A DNA stretch of 48,808 nt from Leptospirales bacterium (GTDB lineage Bacteria > Spirochaetota > Leptospiria > Leptospirales > Leptonemataceae): positions 1 through 48,808 of the forward strand of contig JBNKQE010000001.1 of the NCBI GenBank assembly GCA_050295715.1. The letters are read 5' to 3'. The notes below the pieces were generated by a model. The model did not search any database. It was not told where the DNA came from and saw nothing but the letters and a program-made list of their open reading frames with translations. How positions within the stretch are numbered: the stretch's first letter is position 1; every line of letters begins with the position of its first letter. Shown in pieces: positions 46,848-48,808 of this stretch. The position numbers were made by a program, and so were the translations under genes.

Positions 46848-47846
46848 TCAGGGTTGAATATTGAGAGTTCGTAACAGGTGAGGTATAAACTCTTCGATCG
46901 CTGCACTCATTTCTTTTTTAATTGAGGCGCCACAGGCATTCTTATGCCCTCCTCCCCCAAACGGTTCTACCGCAGGCAGCAGGTCAGTATCACCTTTAGA
47001 TCGAACGGATACTTTTGTCAGACCTGGATTTCGTTCTGTGAAAAGGGCTCCCACTTTGATCTGAGTCGGTTCAATGAGTTCATTTACTATGCCTTCGAGA
47101 TCATCAAAGGTAAGCTCCAGCTTTTCCAGGTCTTTCCAGGAGATCTGAAACCAGGCAACACTTTCCGTGGCGTCCAGCTCCAACCGATTGTATAACTGTT
47201 GTTTCATTCTTAATCGGGCAAGGGGACCATGGAATTGAATCTGGTCATTGATGAAATCCGGTCTTACACCAGCCTCCAGGAGGTGGGCGGCTATTTCATG
47301 AGTGCGTGGTCGAGTTTTTCTGTAACGAAAATTTCCGGTGTCCATAATGATTCCCGTATACAGTGCCATAGCAATATTGACCGGGATTTGCAGTCCTGAA
47401 ATATTATAGATCTCAAAAATGATTTCACTGGAAGAGCTAATCCCCGGGAATTGAAAAAGGTTTTTATAATCGGCCTGTGCATTGTCGTGGTGATCTATGA
47501 TGATCAGGTTGGAACGATCCTCTCGAAGATATTTTGAAACATCTCCAATTCGATCAATTTCAGAATTGTCAACACAAATAACTGTTTGACCATTCACTTC
47601 CGGAATCCCTGTGGATTCGCTGATACTGGAAGTATTTCTGTTTATATCCAGGAAGCGTATCTTTTCCGGCACCTTTTCCTGGTTGAGTATGTGAACATCC
47701 GCACCTCTATTCTTGAACAGGTCATACAGTGCAAGTTCAGCACCAAGTCCATCGGCGTCAGGAGTACGATGAGTCGTTATTATAACGTTCTTCTCATCCT
47801 TAATCCTATCATAAAGGAGTGAATACTGTTCCCGGAAGTCCATCAT
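46848..47846 (-). CDS. nrnA: DHH/DHHA1 phosphoesterase, NrnA-like nanoRNase / pAp phosphatase
   Basis: DHH motifs (HRTPDADGLG, IIDHHDN) and the DHHA1 motif GGGGHKNACG. Confidence 0.85.
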   Translation of the reverse strand: MMDFREQYSLLYDRIKDEKNVIITTHRTPDADGLGAELALYDLFKNRGADVHILNQEKVPEKIRFLDINRNTSSISESTGIPEVNGQTVICVDNSEIDRIGDVSKYLREDRSNLIIIDHHDNAQADYKNLFQFPGISSSSEIIFEIYNISGLQIPVNIAMALYTGIIMDTGNFRYRKTRPRTHEIAAHLLEAGVRPDFINDQIQFHGPLARLRMKQQLYNRLELDATESVAWFQISWKDLEKLELTFDDLEGIVNELIEPTQIKVGALFTERNPGLTKVSVRSKGDTDLLPAVEPFGGGGHKNACGASIKKEMSAAIEEFIPHLLRTLNIQP

Positions 47847-48064
47847 TGTATTATCGTATATGGAACCCCGTTAAATAAACTCAGGGTATCAGATTCTTTT
47901 CCTTTTTTTTAGTATTTCGTTGAAATCCTGACCGATACTGATTAGCCAATAACTTACCTGACCCCGATCTTTTAACAACCTAAAAAGAAAAAGTTTTCAT
48001 AAAAAGTAAACAGAGATACTGTTTGTATGCGTCATCTGCTATTCACTAATATTAGTAAGTAAAT

Positions 48065-48107
48065 CCTGTATATGCACTGGATTAACGTATTATGTCTTAT
48101 ATACAGG
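48065..48107. repeat. 9-bp inverted repeat with 25-nt spacer upstream of nrnA
   Basis: CCTGTATAT (48065-48073) and ATATACAGG (48099-48107). Confidence 0.5.
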
Positions 48108-48145
48108 CGAATTCACGAATGGATTTACAACAATAATCGAGCTTG

Positions 48146-48808
48146 TTATATTTTTTCGATTATTTTACGAGCGGCTTCTGATAACTCTTCAGGAGTATTC
48201 GGAAGATCTTCTGATTTTACGCGTTCAAGAAGCTGTTTGAGTATGTCTCCCATAGCAGGCCCCGGTTCTACTCCCATATCCATAAGAGAGTGTCCGTCTA
48301 TGGTAAGGTCTTTTACTTTGAGTTCAGCTTCCTGTTTGCGAACATCTTCCATATGGCGCATCAGTTCTTTAATAGCACGTGGAAGGGCCTGCTTTTTGCC
48401 GCTTCCTTTTCTATCTGCCAGACGAAGGGAGATCAGGTCTTTTAGATCTTCCTGACCTATCTTGCGCATAAACCTGCGAATAGCTCGGTCGGACCACTCT
48501 TGAGTGTAATGAAACATATGGTTTCTGACAAGAAAGCGAACCCTTTTTCCGGTTTCTGTTGGATAGGCGAATCTTCTCATTATTCTTTCGGCATGTCTTG
48601 CACTGACAAGTTCATGATTGTAGAAAGTTACCTCACCATTCTCTTTTTCTCTACGTGTTTCCACTTTCCCCAGATCATGAAATAGACCCGAGAGACGAAC
48701 TTCCAGAACAGCCGGTTCCACATGGTCACAAGTATAAAGGTTATGATAAAAAATATCATAACTGTGATATTTGTTTTGCATCAAACCCTGGCCTGCAGCC
48801 AGCTCCGG
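48146..48808 (-). CDS. HD-domain C-terminal part of a CCA-adding enzyme / poly(A) polymerase family protein (5' end lies outside the window)
   Basis: HD motif (LFHDLGK) and YNHELVSARHAERIM. The reading frame stays open from 48784 to the window edge (PELAAGQG...), so the gene is truncated by the window. Confidence 0.75.
   Translation of the reverse strand, partial: PELAAGQGLMQNKYHSYDIFYHNLYTCDHVEPAVLEVRLSGLFHDLGKVETRREKENGEVTFYNHELVSARHAERIMRRFAYPTETGKRVRFLVRNHMFHYTQEWSDRAIRRFMRKIGQEDLKDLISLRLADRKGSGKKQALPRAIKELMRHMEDVRKQEAELKVKDLTIDGHSLMDMGVEPGPAMGDILKQLLERVKSEDLPNTPEELSEAARKIIEKI

Overview
This is a 48.8-kb chromosomal window that is AT-rich by eye, apart from one GC-rich segment. It most likely comes from a Leptospira-like spirochaete. 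That is an inference from three things: a 5S rRNA gene with no linked 23S or 16S gene, genes resembling the Leptospira-associated DUF1564 and DUF1574 families, and relaxed spirochaete-type lipoboxes.

The content is mostly core or housekeeping:
- a large hybrid histidine kinase;
- copA-copZ copper efflux;
- a REC-GGDEF cyclase with an adjacent PilZ gene;
- a 684-aa orphan protein abutting a solitary umuC;
- an outer-membrane beta-barrel candidate;
- an unusual amino-acid-carrier::phosphatidylserine decarboxylase fusion;
- pabC-pabB;
- an unlinked 5S rRNA gene;
- ttcA in an operon with a degenerate-GGDEF membrane protein;
- a polysaccharide deacetylase;
- an ABC-2 exporter;
- tRNA-Leu(GAG);
- a UDP-GlcNAc cluster (glmM-like, glmS, alternative glmU-like) followed by a DUF4214/coiled-coil/methyltransferase and a GT4 glycosyltransferase;
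- xseB, a RumA-type methyltransferase and gltX;
- a DUF1564 gene and a DUF59 protein;
- two alpha/beta hydrolases;
- a second PilZ protein and a DUF3332 lipoprotein;
- an MBOAT-DUF1574 acyltransferase pair;
- nrnA and a truncated CCA/HD gene.

I found no CRISPR array, IS element, prophage or recognisable defence genes.

The signals least explained by ordinary annotation are:
1. A pair of 94-nt structured direct repeats plus a perfect 22-bp inverted arm in the nrnA-MBOAT intergenic region (46507-46834).
2. The transporter-PSD fusion.
3. A sharp GC-rich mosaic inside the histidine kinase.
4. A CsoR-type operator in an apparently leaderless copA promoter, with no csoR gene in the window.

All functional calls come from motif recognition by eye. 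No database search was run.
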